From assembly GCA_963719135.1 (NCBI GenBank), contig CAVRAZ010000006.1, positions 116,686 through 140,685 of the forward strand: 24,000 nucleotides of DNA. The letters run 5' to 3'. Source of the DNA: an uncultured Gammaproteobacteria bacterium (GTDB lineage: Bacteria > Pseudomonadota > Gammaproteobacteria > DSM-19610). Below, piece by piece: positions 15,840 through 23,833 of the stretch. A model generated the notes under the pieces. That model worked only from the letters and a program-made list of their open reading frames with translations. It was not told where the DNA came from and searched no databases. Position numbers and translations under genes: made by a program. The first letter of the stretch is position 1. Every line of letters begins with the position of its first letter.

Positions 15840-16420
15840 ACCGGAAACGAGGAATCATACCGCAGTTGGCTATCCCGGCAAAGGCCGCTCCCGTCAAACG
15901 GGGTTCCAGGCGCCTGAAGATGGTGGGCAGCCGCCGCAGGTCGACCAGCGCCGTGAACAGAGTCCGGTCGGTGCCGGGAAACGGATTGAGCATGAAACAG
16001 GCGATGGCCGCGATGACCGGCAGCACCATGACTGAATTCAGGTTGCCGCCGATGCGGATCAGCGTCTCGTTGCCGCAACCGCCGGCCTGCGTCGTGCCGG
16101 CGCCGAACAGCAGTCCGCCCGGCAGATTCTCGGCCCCGATGCGCTGGCGGCCCGATAGGGCGGGAACGCGGCGGCGGCGTTCACCCGGCCGGCGCGCTCC
16201 GGCAGCACGACGCCGATCAGCGCCACCCCGATGGTGAGCAGCCAAGCCCGGACGCGGCCCCAGTTGCCGATGCTGACCCCGTCGGATAGGGCGCCCAGGG
16301 TGCGGAAATCGGTCTTGTCGACCACCGCGCCGAGGACCGACGCGGTCAGGAATACCGTTCAGAGCAGCGCCGAGTGGGCGACCCCGAAATTGCCGAAACT
16401 CAGGGTGAAACCCCGTTATC
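15840..16420 (-). pseudogene. decayed YeeE/YedE-family (sulfur-compound transport, DUF395) gene
   Basis: Protein-like minus-strand segments lie in two frames. One reads ...FTLSFGNFGVAHSALL(TGA)TVFLTASVLGAVVDKTDFRTLGALSDGVSIGNWGRVRAWLLTIGVALIGVVLPERAG. After a frame change near 16131-16160 the other reads ENLPGGLLFGAGTTQAGGCGNETLIRIGGNLNSVMVLPVIAAIACFML. The GG-LFG-G-x3-AGGC...R-GxG-L-S pattern is the YeeE/YedE signature. There is no usable start codon, there is an in-frame TGA at 16361-16359, and the last frame runs into the tRNA. Confidence 0.55.
15854..15881 (-). promoter_or_regulatory. candidate sigma-70 promoter of tRNA-Lys (TTGCCG-N16-TATGAT)
   Basis: On the minus strand the -35 is at 15881-15876 and the -10 at 15859-15854. 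The predicted start is ~12 nt upstream of the mature tRNA 5' end. Sequence match only. Confidence 0.35.
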
Positions 16421-16449
16421 CCGTGATTTGAGGGCAACCGCCGATCCCG

Positions 16450-17133
16450 TCAGCGATACCGCGTGGGATCGGCGATGCCGGCGTCGGCGAAACCGCGCGC
16501 GCGCAACCGGCAGGCGTCGCAGCGTCCACAGGCGCGTCCGTCAGCGTCGGCGGCGTAGCAGGAAAGGGTCAGCGCGTAATCAACGCCCAGCGCCGTACCG
16601 GCCTGGATGATCTCCGCCTTGGTCATGCGGATGAGCGGCGCACGGATATGGAATTCCGCGCCCTCGACACCCGCCCGCGTCGCTAAACGACTGAGGCGCT
16701 CGAAAGCTTCGATGTATTCCGGCCGGCAGTCGGGGTAGCCGGAGTAGTCGACCGCGTTGACGCCGATGAAGATATCGCGGGCGCCGAGCACTTCCGCCCA
16801 GCCCAGCGCGAGCGACAGGAAGACCGTGTTGCGCGCCGGCACATAGGTGACCGGGATCCCGTCCGACGGGTGCTCGGGAACCGCGATGGCGGCGTCGGTC
16901 AGCGCCGAGCCGCCGAACGCGCTCAGATCCAGCGCGATCACCTTCTGTTCGGCCACGCCGAGCTGCGCGGCGACGCGGCGCGCGGCGCCCAGTTCCGCCG
17001 CGTGGCGCTGGCCGTAATCCATGCTGAGCGCGTAACAGGCATAGCCGTCGCGGCGCGCGATCGCCAGCGTCGTGGCCGAATCCAGGCCGCCCGACAGCAG
17101 CACCACGGCCCTGCGTTCAGCGGCCGCGCTCAT
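16450..17133 (-). CDS. queC: 7-cyano-7-deazaguanine synthase QueC
   Basis: 227 aa. [14 protein letters not shown]-loop and a C-terminal zinc cluster (CY...[10 protein letters not shown]). Confidence 0.9.
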   Translation of the reverse strand: MSAAAERRAVVLLSGGLDSATTLAIARRDGYACYALSMDYGQRHAAELGAARRVAAQLGVAEQKVIALDLSAFGGSALTDAAIAVPEHPSDGIPVTYVPARNTVFLSLALGWAEVLGARDIFIGVNAVDYSGYPDCRPEYIEAFERLSRLATRAGVEGAEFHIRAPLIRMTKAEIIQAGTALGVDYALTLSCYAADADGRACGRCDACRLRARGFADAGIADPTRYR

Positions 17134-17794
17134 CGCCCCAGAGATATTTGTGAAGCTGGATCTGGAAGCGCACCGGCAGGCGGTCGGCCAGGATCCACTC
17201 GGCCAGTTCGCGGGCGTCCTGCTGACCGTGGCTCGGCGAGAACAGCACCTCGCAGCGCTCGGCCAGCCGGTGCTCGTGCAATCTATCGCAGGCCCAGCGG
17301 TAATCTTCGCGATCGCAGATCACGAACTTCACCTGGTCACCGGCTTTCAACAGATCGAGGTTCTCGTAACGGTTGCGGTCGCATTCACCCGATCCGGGCG
17401 TCTTCAGGTCCATGACCTTGACCACGCGCGGGTCGACGCCGCCGACATCCAGCGCACCGCCGGTTTCCAGCGAAACCCGGTAGCCTGCGTCGCAGAGTTC
17501 GCGCAACAGATCGGCGCAGGCGCGCTGCGCCAGCGGTTCGCCGCCGGTCACGGTGACGTGCCGCACGCCGAAGGCGGCGACGCGCGCGACGATCCCGGCG
17601 AGCGGTTCGGTCTGGCCGCCGCTGAACGCGTAGGCGGTGTCGCAGTAGCGGCAGCGCAGCGGACAACCGGTCAGACGCACGAACACGGTCGGCATACCGA
17701 CCGTGTCCGCCTCGCCTTGCAGGGACAGAAAGATCTCGGTGATACGAAGGGTGCCGGGCCCGGGCCGCGGCTCGCTGGTCTGCGCGTGCGTCAT
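17117..17794 (-). CDS. queE: 7-carboxy-7-deazaguanine synthase QueE (radical SAM)
   Basis: 225 aa. [18 protein letters not shown] and the radical-SAM cluster [10 protein letters not shown]. Overlaps queC by 17 nt. No SD is visible before the ATG. Confidence 0.9.
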   Translation of the reverse strand: MTHAQTSEPRPGPGTLRITEIFLSLQGEADTVGMPTVFVRLTGCPLRCRYCDTAYAFSGGQTEPLAGIVARVAAFGVRHVTVTGGEPLAQRACADLLRELCDAGYRVSLETGGALDVGGVDPRVVKVMDLKTPGSGECDRNRYENLDLLKAGDQVKFVICDREDYRWACDRLHEHRLAERCEVLFSPSHGQQDARELAEWILADRLPVRFQIQLHKYLWGDERGR

Positions 17795-17955
17795 GCGGTG
17801 ATTTTACTACGAACCGGGCCGGGCCGGGGTGGCCCGGCGGAAACCCCGTCGTCGCGCTTCCCGGTCAAACCTTCACAGGGCGCCCGACTTTACCTGACCG
17901 TTGCACGAACAAACGGGCGGGCAACGGCCTTGCGTGCGGAATTCAACGCGCATGC

Positions 17956-17982
17956 GCAGGTTGGCGCTGAGCGCCAACCTGC
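17956..17982. repeat. perfect 12-bp stem hairpin (GCAGGTTGGCGC-TGA-GCGCCAACCTGC) between cpoB and queE
   Basis: Exact inverted repeat seen directly. It lies 73 nt downstream of the cpoB stop on the minus strand, with no U tract on that strand. It could be a Rho-independent-like pause, an RNA-stabilising hairpin or a REP-like element. Confidence 0.4.
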
Positions 17983-18054
17983 CTTTATGCATTGGGTTTA
18001 CCTTGCACGCCTTCGCGGTCAGCGAATTGGCCGCAGCCCGCAGTCGGGCAGGTT

Positions 18055-18849
18055 TCAATGCCCTTCCTGCTTCATGCGCGCGAGACGTTCATCGGCGAGC
18101 TGCGCTGCGCGCGTACCGGGAAAGTCTGCCACCACCCTGCCCAAGGTCGTGCGCGCCTCGCCCCACTGTTGCAGCTCGTAGTTGATGAACCCGATCTTCA
18201 GGCGGGCGTCCGGCACCTTGGCGCTGTTCGGATATTGCGTGACCACCTTCTGAAACTCGCTCAACGCCGGCTTGAACTCGCGGGTCACGTAGTGCGCTTC
18301 ACCGATCCAGTACTGCGCGTTGTCCGCGTAGCTGCTGTTGGGATGGTCCTTCAGAAAACCGGTGAACGCGCGGGACGCTTCCGTGTACCGCTTCTGCTTG
18401 AGCAGATTCAGCGCGCTGTCGTAGGCCTGGCGCGCTTCCGGCGAATCGGACGGCGCCGGTACGTCCACCGGCTCGTCGGCGGCGGCTCCCGCGCCGGTCC
18501 CGTACACGGCGCCACTCGCGCCGGGTTCGACGCCCGTTTCCGGCGCAACGCCGCCCGGCTGCCGCGCCTCGACCGCGCCGAGCCGCCGGTCCATATCGAG
18601 ATACAGATCGCGCTGCTTCTTGTCCAGTTGCTCGATCCTGTGCATCTGCACTTCCATGTCGCCGCGCAGTTGCTGCAGGTCCTGCCGCAACCGGTCCAAC
18701 TGGTCCTGCATGTCGATCAGTCCCTGACTGTCGAGCTTGCGTTCGAGCTGGTCCACCCGCTGCTCGAGGTCGGCGCGGCTGGCCGCCAGCAGCGGACTGC
18801 TGGCGGCCAGAAACGCAAGTATTACCGGCGCAATCCTAATGCGCACCAT
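18055..18849 (-). CDS. cpoB: Tol-Pal system protein CpoB/YbgF
   Basis: 264 aa. Signal peptide, N-terminal coiled coil (LEQRVDQLERKLDSQGLIDMQDQLDRLRQDLQQLRGDMEVQ), then a TPR-like C-terminal domain (YDSALNLLKQKRYTEASRAFTGFLKDHPNSSYADNAQYWIGEAHY). Its position after pal fits. Confidence 0.85.
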   Translation of the reverse strand: MVRIRIAPVILAFLAASSPLLAASRADLEQRVDQLERKLDSQGLIDMQDQLDRLRQDLQQLRGDMEVQMHRIEQLDKKQRDLYLDMDRRLGAVEARQPGGVAPETGVEPGASGAVYGTGAGAAADEPVDVPAPSDSPEARQAYDSALNLLKQKRYTEASRAFTGFLKDHPNSSYADNAQYWIGEAHYVTREFKPALSEFQKVVTQYPNSAKVPDARLKIGFINYELQQWGEARTTLGRVVADFPGTRAAQLADERLARMKQEGH

Positions 18850-19378
18850 AGACCAACTCCACGCGACGGTTCATCGCCCAGGCCGATTCGTCATGACCCT
18901 CGACCGCCGGCTTTTCCTCGCCGTAACTGACGGTGGTGATCTGGCTCGGCGACACACCCTCCAATTCCATCAGACGCTGCACCGAACGGGCACGGCGATC
19001 GCCCAGGCCGATGTTGTACTCGCGCGAACCGCGCTCGTCGGCATGGCCTTCGAGGTGCACACTCGCATCCGGATGTGCGATCAGATAACTGGCGTGGGCA
19101 TTCACCAGATCGCGATCCTCGGGCGCCACGTCGAAGCTGTCGAACGCAAAGTAGATCACGCGCTTCGACAACACGCCGGTCGGATCGTCGAGCGACATCA
19201 TGCCCGCGTCGCCGTAGGACGTCGCCCCGGTCGCCGAAGGCTCGCCCGACGTGTCGGTCGCGGCACCGCTCTGGTCTTCCACCGCGACTTCGCCGGCGTG
19301 CTTGCCGCCGGTCGAGGAACAACCCGCCACCGCCAACAGCACCACGACGGACATCAATACACCGAACCTGTTCATCAT
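18836..19378 (-). CDS. pal: peptidoglycan-associated lipoprotein Pal
   Basis: Start moved to the ATG at 19378, 6 nt after AGGAGA. Lipobox LLAVAGC and an OmpA-like domain (VIYFAFDSFDV...EGHADERGSREYNIGLGDRRA...RRVELVY). Confidence 0.9.
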   Translation of the reverse strand: MMNRFGVLMSVVVLLAVAGCSSTGGKHAGEVAVEDQSGAATDTSGEPSATGATSYGDAGMMSLDDPTGVLSKRVIYFAFDSFDVAPEDRDLVNAHASYLIAHPDASVHLEGHADERGSREYNIGLGDRRARSVQRLMELEGVSPSQITTVSYGEEKPAVEGHDESAWAMNRRVELVYGAH

Positions 19379-19458
19379 TACGTTTCTCCTGATTAAAACC
19401 GGCATCGCCGGAACTGTAGCCCAAAGGTAGTTCAATGCAACGCGCCGGGCGGCCTGTC

Positions 19459-20757
19459 CTAGCGCGTCTTGTCGAACGGCGACCAGACCGGTTCGCGCAC
19501 CCCGCCCTGGCTGATCGAGAGCCGCTCGCGGAAGCGGCCGTCGCTGGAAACCGCCGCCAGCACGCCGCGTCCGCCCGACTCCGACGCGTAGATGATCATG
19601 CTGCCGTTGGGCGCAAAGCTCGGCGACTCGTCAAGCGGGCCGTCGCTCAACACGCGCAACTGGTCGGACGCGATATCCAGAACGGCCACGCGATAGCTGG
19701 CGCCTTCGCCGTGCACCATGGCCAGTTGCTTGCCGTCCGGCGAGAAATCCGGACTGGCGTTGTAGCTGCCGTCGAACGTCATGCGCTGCGCCCTGCCGCC
19801 GCCGGCCGGCATCTGATAGATCTGCGGCGACCCGCCGCGGTCGGACGTGAACGCGATGCTGCGTCCGTCCGGCGACCAGGTCGGCTCGGTGTCGATCGCC
19901 GCCGTCTGGGTGAGACGCTTGAGGGCGCCGTTGGTCAGATCATACAAATAGATCTCCGGATTGCCGTCGCGCGACAGGGTCAGCGCAAGCGAGCGCCCGT
20001 CCGGCGACCAGGAGGGCGCGCCGTTGACGCCGTCGAACGAAGCGATCTTTCTGCGTTGCGCGGTCGACACGTTCTGCGCCCAGATCGACGCGCGGCGCTT
20101 TTCGAACGAGACATACGCGAGCTGCGCGCCGTCGGCGGACCAGGAGGGCGACATCAGCGGGTCGCGGGAACTCAGCACGGTTTGCGGATTGTGACCGTCG
20201 GAATCGGCGATCTCCAACCGGTACTCCTTCTCCGCACCGCGCTTGATCTCGGTGACATAGGCGATGCGCGTGGCGAACGCGCCGGGCGTGCCGGTCAGTT
20301 TTTCGTAAATCAGATCCGCCACGCGGTGCGCGTCGAAACGCATGCGCTTGTCGGTGGTCGGTATACTATAACCGATCAGTTTCGCGCCCCGGTAGACATC
20401 GAACAGAAAGAAGCGGATGTTGAACTGGCCGGGACCCGCGGGCAGCACTTCGCCGACGACCAGGCTTTCCACGCCGAGCGTCTTCCAGTCGGGAAACCGG
20501 ATATCTTCCGGGCGCACGGGCCGCGCGATCAGATTGCGCTCCGGAACGGGCGCGAAGCGCCCGCTGCGGCGCAGGTCGTCGGCGACGATCTGCGACACGT
20601 CCTCGGGCACGGCCGCGTCCTGACCGCCGAACGGCACGATGGCGATCGGCACGGCGCCTTCCATGCCCTGGGTGATCTCGATCGTCAGGTCGGCTGCGGC
20701 CGACAGCGGCCAGACGAAGATGATGCTCAACCAGAATGCGTTCAGTATGCTTTTCAT
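19459..20757 (-). CDS. tolB: Tol-Pal system beta-propeller protein TolB
   Basis: 432 aa. Signal peptide, an N-terminal alpha/beta domain (IAIVPF) and repeated SPxWSPDG propeller blades. Confidence 0.9.
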   Translation of the reverse strand: MKSILNAFWLSIIFVWPLSAAADLTIEITQGMEGAVPIAIVPFGGQDAAVPEDVSQIVADDLRRSGRFAPVPERNLIARPVRPEDIRFPDWKTLGVESLVVGEVLPAGPGQFNIRFFLFDVYRGAKLIGYSIPTTDKRMRFDAHRVADLIYEKLTGTPGAFATRIAYVTEIKRGAEKEYRLEIADSDGHNPQTVLSSRDPLMSPSWSADGAQLAYVSFEKRRASIWAQNVSTAQRRKIASFDGVNGAPSWSPDGRSLALTLSRDGNPEIYLYDLTNGALKRLTQTAAIDTEPTWSPDGRSIAFTSDRGGSPQIYQMPAGGGRAQRMTFDGSYNASPDFSPDGKQLAMVHGEGASYRVAVLDIASDQLRVLSDGPLDESPSFAPNGSMIIYASESGGRGVLAAVSSDGRFRERLSISQGGVREPVWSPFDKTR

Positions 20758-20760
20758 GCG

Positions 20761-21672
20761 TCAACTCGGTTTGAATTCGAAACGAAACGACCGGAACTGA
20801 TCCATCAGCGACGGGTCCTGGGGCACCGGCAACGGCGAGGCCTTGAACACCGCCGCCTCCACCGAACGATCGAATGCCGCGTCGCCGCTGCCGCGCACGA
20901 TGCTGACGTCGACCACTTCGCCGCTGGGTATCAGCCGCACGCTCACCAGGCAGTTCAGCTCCTCGCCGCTGCCCGGCGGACGGATCCAGCTGCGCTGCAC
21001 TTTCGCCTTGATCAGCGCCGCATGCTCGTTCACGGCGCGCTGATTGGCCGCCGCGCGCTCGGCGGACAGCCGCGATTCCTCTTCAGCCAGGCTCGCCGCA
21101 AGCGCTTCCTCGGCCTGGCGCTGCTTCTCGGCTTCAGCCTTCTTGCGCGCCTCTTCCTCGGCTTTGCGTTTCACTTCCGCCTCGGCTTTTTGTTTGGCTT
21201 CGGCCTCGGCTTGCTTGCGCGCCTCTTCGTCGGCTTTCCGCTTGGCCTCGGCCTCGGCCTGACGTTTGGCTTCCGCTTCCGCGTCGGCCTTGCGCTTGGC
21301 CTCCAGCGCCGCCTGTTTCTTCGCCTCCTCGACCTTGCGCTGTTCGGCTTCCTGCCGGGTCTTCAATTCAGTCACCCGGCGCTCCTCGTTCTCGCGCGCC
21401 GCTTTCGCCTCGGCGGCCTGACGTTCAAGCTCCTCGACCCGGCGCTGTTCGGCCGCCACCTTTTCCTGCTCGAGCTTCGCCTGGCGCTCGACCTCGGCGT
21501 CGAGCTTTGTCGAGTCGATGACCACCGCCTGCACCGGCGCGTCTTTACGATTGCCCTTCAGCGAAACCGTCGGCGTCCAGTCGAGGCTGAACACCAGAAT
21601 GCCCAGCAGCACCAGGTGCACAAACACCGCCGCCGCAAACGCCCGCGGGTTTTCCCTAAAAAACTCCAGCAT
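20761..21672 (-). CDS. tolA: Tol-Pal system protein TolA
   Basis: 303 aa. N-terminal TM anchor, a long Ala/Glu/Lys-rich helical domain II and a TonB/TolA-type C-terminal domain (VQRSWIRP...CLVSVRLIPSGEVVDVSIVRGSGDAAFDRSVEAAVFKASPLP). Confidence 0.85.
   Translation of the reverse strand: MLEFFRENPRAFAAAVFVHLVLLGILVFSLDWTPTVSLKGNRKDAPVQAVVIDSTKLDAEVERQAKLEQEKVAAEQRRVEELERQAAEAKAARENEERRVTELKTRQEAEQRKVEEAKKQAALEAKRKADAEAEAKRQAEAEAKRKADEEARKQAEAEAKQKAEAEVKRKAEEEARKKAEAEKQRQAEEALAASLAEEESRLSAERAAANQRAVNEHAALIKAKVQRSWIRPPGSGEELNCLVSVRLIPSGEVVDVSIVRGSGDAAFDRSVEAAVFKASPLPVPQDPSLMDQFRSFRFEFKPS
21057..21462 (-). repeat. degenerate tandem codon repeats encoding the A/E/K-rich TolA domain II
   Basis: The plus strand shows reiterated gcctcggc / cttgcgcgcctcttc units. 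The protein shows EAEAKRKADEEARKQAEAEAKQKAEAEVKRKAEEEARKKAEAE. Confidence 0.6.
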
Positions 21673-21680
21673 AAAGGCTG

Positions 21681-22112
21681 TCAGCCACCCGTCTGCTCAG
21701 GTTCCGTCACCAGCCCGATGCTGGGCGCACCGGCCTGCCGCAACAACGTCATGGCGGCGACGACCTTGCCGTAGTCGACGTGCGCGTCGCCACGCACCAT
21801 GACGGCAACCGTCGGACGCTGCCTGATCACGGCCGACGCGCGCAGCACGAGCGTATCGGCATCGACCGGCGCGTCCGGGTCACCGCCCACGTTCACAAAC
21901 ATCCGCCCCTCGCGGTCCACGGACACGACCAGCGGGTCCTGCTGATCGGGACTGAGCGGTTCGGCGGTCGCCTTCGGCAGATCCACGTCGACACCCTGAT
22001 TCAGCAAGGGCGCTGTGATCATGAAGATCACGAGCATCACCAGCATCACGTCGATGTAAGGCACGACGTTGATGTCGGACATGGGACGCTTGCGTATCCG
22101 CTGTCGGGCCAT
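21681..22112 (-). CDS. tolR: Tol-Pal system protein TolR (ExbD family)
   Basis: The real start is the ATG at 22112 (MARQRIRKRPMSDINVVPYIDVMLVMLVIFMITAPLL). The upstream part of ORF 21681..22352 overlaps tolQ and is not credible. Confidence 0.85.
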   Translation of the reverse strand: MARQRIRKRPMSDINVVPYIDVMLVMLVIFMITAPLLNQGVDVDLPKATAEPLSPDQQDPLVVSVDREGRMFVNVGGDPDAPVDADTLVLRASAVIRQRPTVAVMVRGDAHVDYGKVVAAMTLLRQAGAPSIGLVTEPEQTGG

Positions 22113-22117
22113 GCCGT

Positions 22118-22792
22118 CTATCCGTGCGCCTGCCGCTGCAGCAGACTGGAAAACTCTTCCAGGAAATTGTCGTAGCGGTTTTCCAGGCGCTCGACATCGT
22201 TCGAGTACCGGTTGTACGCGACCACGGCCGGGATCGCCGCGAACAATCCCATCGCCGTGGCGATCAGCGCTTCGGCAATGCCGGGCGCGACCATGGCCAG
22301 CGTCGCCTGGTGAACGTTGGCGAGGCCGCGAAATGCGTTCATGATGCCCCACACGGTGCCGAACAGGCCGACGTACGGACTGGTCGAACCGACCGTCGCC
22401 AGAAATGCCAGATGGGTCTCGAGGTTGTCGATTTCGCGCGACAACGCCACGCGCATGCTGCGCTGGGCGCCCTCGACAACGTCCATCGGGTCGGCGCCCG
22501 TCTGCCGGCGCAGGCGCGCGAACTCCTTGAAGCCGGCCACGAAGATGTGCGCCAGGCCGTGCGGGTCCCCTTCGCGGGGGGACACCTGCTGAAACAGTAC
22601 GTTCAGGTCGCCGCCCGACCAGAACCGCTGCTCGAAACGGTTGGCGTTCACCAGCGCCTGTTTGAGGCGCGACCGCTTGAGGAAGATCATGGTCCAGGAC
22701 ATCACCGAGACCACCAGCAGCAGCAGCATCACCAGCTTGACGACCACACTGGCGCCTGCGACCAGGTGGAAGAACGACAGATCAGCGGACAT
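22118..22792 (-). CDS. tolQ: Tol-Pal system protein TolQ (MotA/ExbB family)
   Basis: 224 aa with three TM segments and the conserved LATVGSTSPYVGLFGTVWGIMNAF and MVAPGIAEALIATAMGLFAAIPAV. Confidence 0.9.
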   Translation of the reverse strand: MSADLSFFHLVAGASVVVKLVMLLLLVVSVMSWTMIFLKRSRLKQALVNANRFEQRFWSGGDLNVLFQQVSPREGDPHGLAHIFVAGFKEFARLRRQTGADPMDVVEGAQRSMRVALSREIDNLETHLAFLATVGSTSPYVGLFGTVWGIMNAFRGLANVHQATLAMVAPGIAEALIATAMGLFAAIPAVVAYNRYSNDVERLENRYDNFLEEFSSLLQRQAHG

Positions 22793-23192
22793 TGTTCAGT
22801 TGCCCCAGCAACGGTTCGGGAATCGGGCGCGCGCGAAACCGCTCTGCATCGATACAGACGACGCGCACCCGCGCGGTGCACAGCGGACTGTCCTCACCCC
22901 GACGATATACATGCTGCAAAAAGTTCAGGCTTGCGCGACGGCAGGATTCCACATCGGCGGTTACGTCCAGGACGTCATTGAACACGGCCGGGCGAATGAA
23001 ATCAATCGTCATGGAATGCACGGCGAACAAAATGCCCAGCGCGCTTCTCAAACGGTCCTGTTCATAACCCAGTGCGCGCAACCGCTCGGTGCGCGCACGT
23101 TCCATAAACTTGAGATAGTTTGCGTGATAAACCACTTCGCCACTATCGGTGTCCTCGTAGTAAACACGCACCGACCAACGAAACAACGTCAA
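22782..23192 (-). CDS. ybgC: Tol-Pal-associated acyl-CoA thioesterase YbgC (4HBT hot-dog fold)
   Basis: (M)[35 protein letters not shown] aligns with the E. coli YbgC N-terminus [28 protein letters not shown] (from memory). The likely start is the TTG at 23192, 6 nt after AAGAGG; the TTG at 23186 is an alternative. The 177-aa form in the ORF track starts too far upstream. Confidence 0.8.
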   Translation of the reverse strand: [136 protein letters not shown]

Positions 23193-23336
23193 CCTCGACC
23201 TCTTCAGTGGACCACGATCAGTGACACAAATTCCCGCGCCCCCGATGCTCGCCCAATGTGCGACGGCGGCTTCGCGACGGGCGGTTAGCTTACCGATGTG
23301 AAAACGAGATTGCATCAGCTATCAACGCGACCGGAC

Positions 23337-23363
23337 AAAAAAAAGCGGCCGGGGGATGGCCGC
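23337..23363 (-). terminator. canonical intrinsic terminator upstream of ybgC
   Basis: The minus strand reads GCGGCC-AUCCCCC-GGCCGC followed by eight U. Confidence 0.8.
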
Positions 23364-23626
23364 TGTGAATCCCGAAACAGTCGGGAAGCAAGAGACCGGC
23401 AGGCATCGCCGGTGCTAGGAGGAGGAACAAATTCATCAACCGCGCGCGTCACTGTTGCCGTCGCGCGTTGCGGTGTCGGTCAGCCGCACCGAGCGCCGCC
23501 ACTTGAAAATCGGCCGCCCGGCTTCCGCACGGTTGCGGCGACCGGACAACCTCTCGACACCGGACCCGGTACCCGAGTTCTTACGGTGCCTCCAGCGTAC
23601 CAGGACGCAAATTGCCCGGCCTAACG
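23337..23626 (-). ncRNA. candidate sigma-54-dependent small RNA (~290 nt), family unknown
   Basis: Bounded by the RpoN promoter (predicted start ~23626) and the terminator at 23363-23337. It contains no SD-led ORF and is GC-hairpin rich. A UUCCUCCUCCU stretch (23427-23417) precedes two short hairpins and the terminator. Confidence 0.45.
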
Positions 23627-23636
23627 TCAATTGGAT

Positions 23637-23652
23637 GGCAATGTCCGTGCCA
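23637..23652 (-). promoter_or_regulatory. sigma-54 (RpoN) -24/-12 promoter TGGCACGGACATTGCC
   Basis: Matches TGGCAC-N5-TTGC with correct GG-N10-GC spacing. It lies immediately downstream of a sigma-54 activator gene. An ATCAATTGGTTA IHF-like core and an A/T-rich tract lie just upstream (23661-23695). Confidence 0.65.
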
Positions 23653-23702
23653 TTGGATGTAACCAATTGATCTTAATTAATTTACGAATTTTTGACACCT
23701 GC

Positions 23703-23725
23703 AAAACCCGCCCTGGGAGGGCTGG
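23703..23725 (-). terminator. possible intrinsic terminator of the activator gene
   Basis: The minus strand reads CCAGCCCU-CCC-AGGGCGGG (7 of 8 pairs) followed by UUUUG, about 110 nt after the stop at 23834. Confidence 0.4.
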
Positions 23726-23833
23726 GAACTGTCGCCGTAAAGCGTCAGACAAAGGGTTGCTTTAGATAAGCTGCTGTTCCGCATACGTTCCGGCCGTCTC
23801 TGATTTGAGACAGTCAGAAGCTGCGATGGCCGG

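Noticed and set aside
16359-16361. The in-frame TGA in the YeeE/YedE-like reading frame could encode selenocysteine, since YedE is linked to selenium metabolism.
   Set aside because: No SECIS-like hairpin follows immediately. The frame also has a frameshift, no start codon and a 3' end running into the tRNA. Trp (TGG to TGA) fits the hydrophobic context. A pseudogene is the simpler reading.
21057-21462. Reiterated GC-rich short repeats that could be taken for a CRISPR-like or minisatellite array.
   Set aside because: They are in frame within tolA and encode the usual Ala/Glu/Lys-rich domain II. There is no repeat-spacer periodicity.
23193-23315. The 177-aa form of ybgC starting at the ATG at 23315.
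   Set aside because: The extra ~40 residues have no counterpart in YbgC. Homology begins at LFRW, and TTG starts at 23192 or 23186 have properly spaced SD-like sequences.
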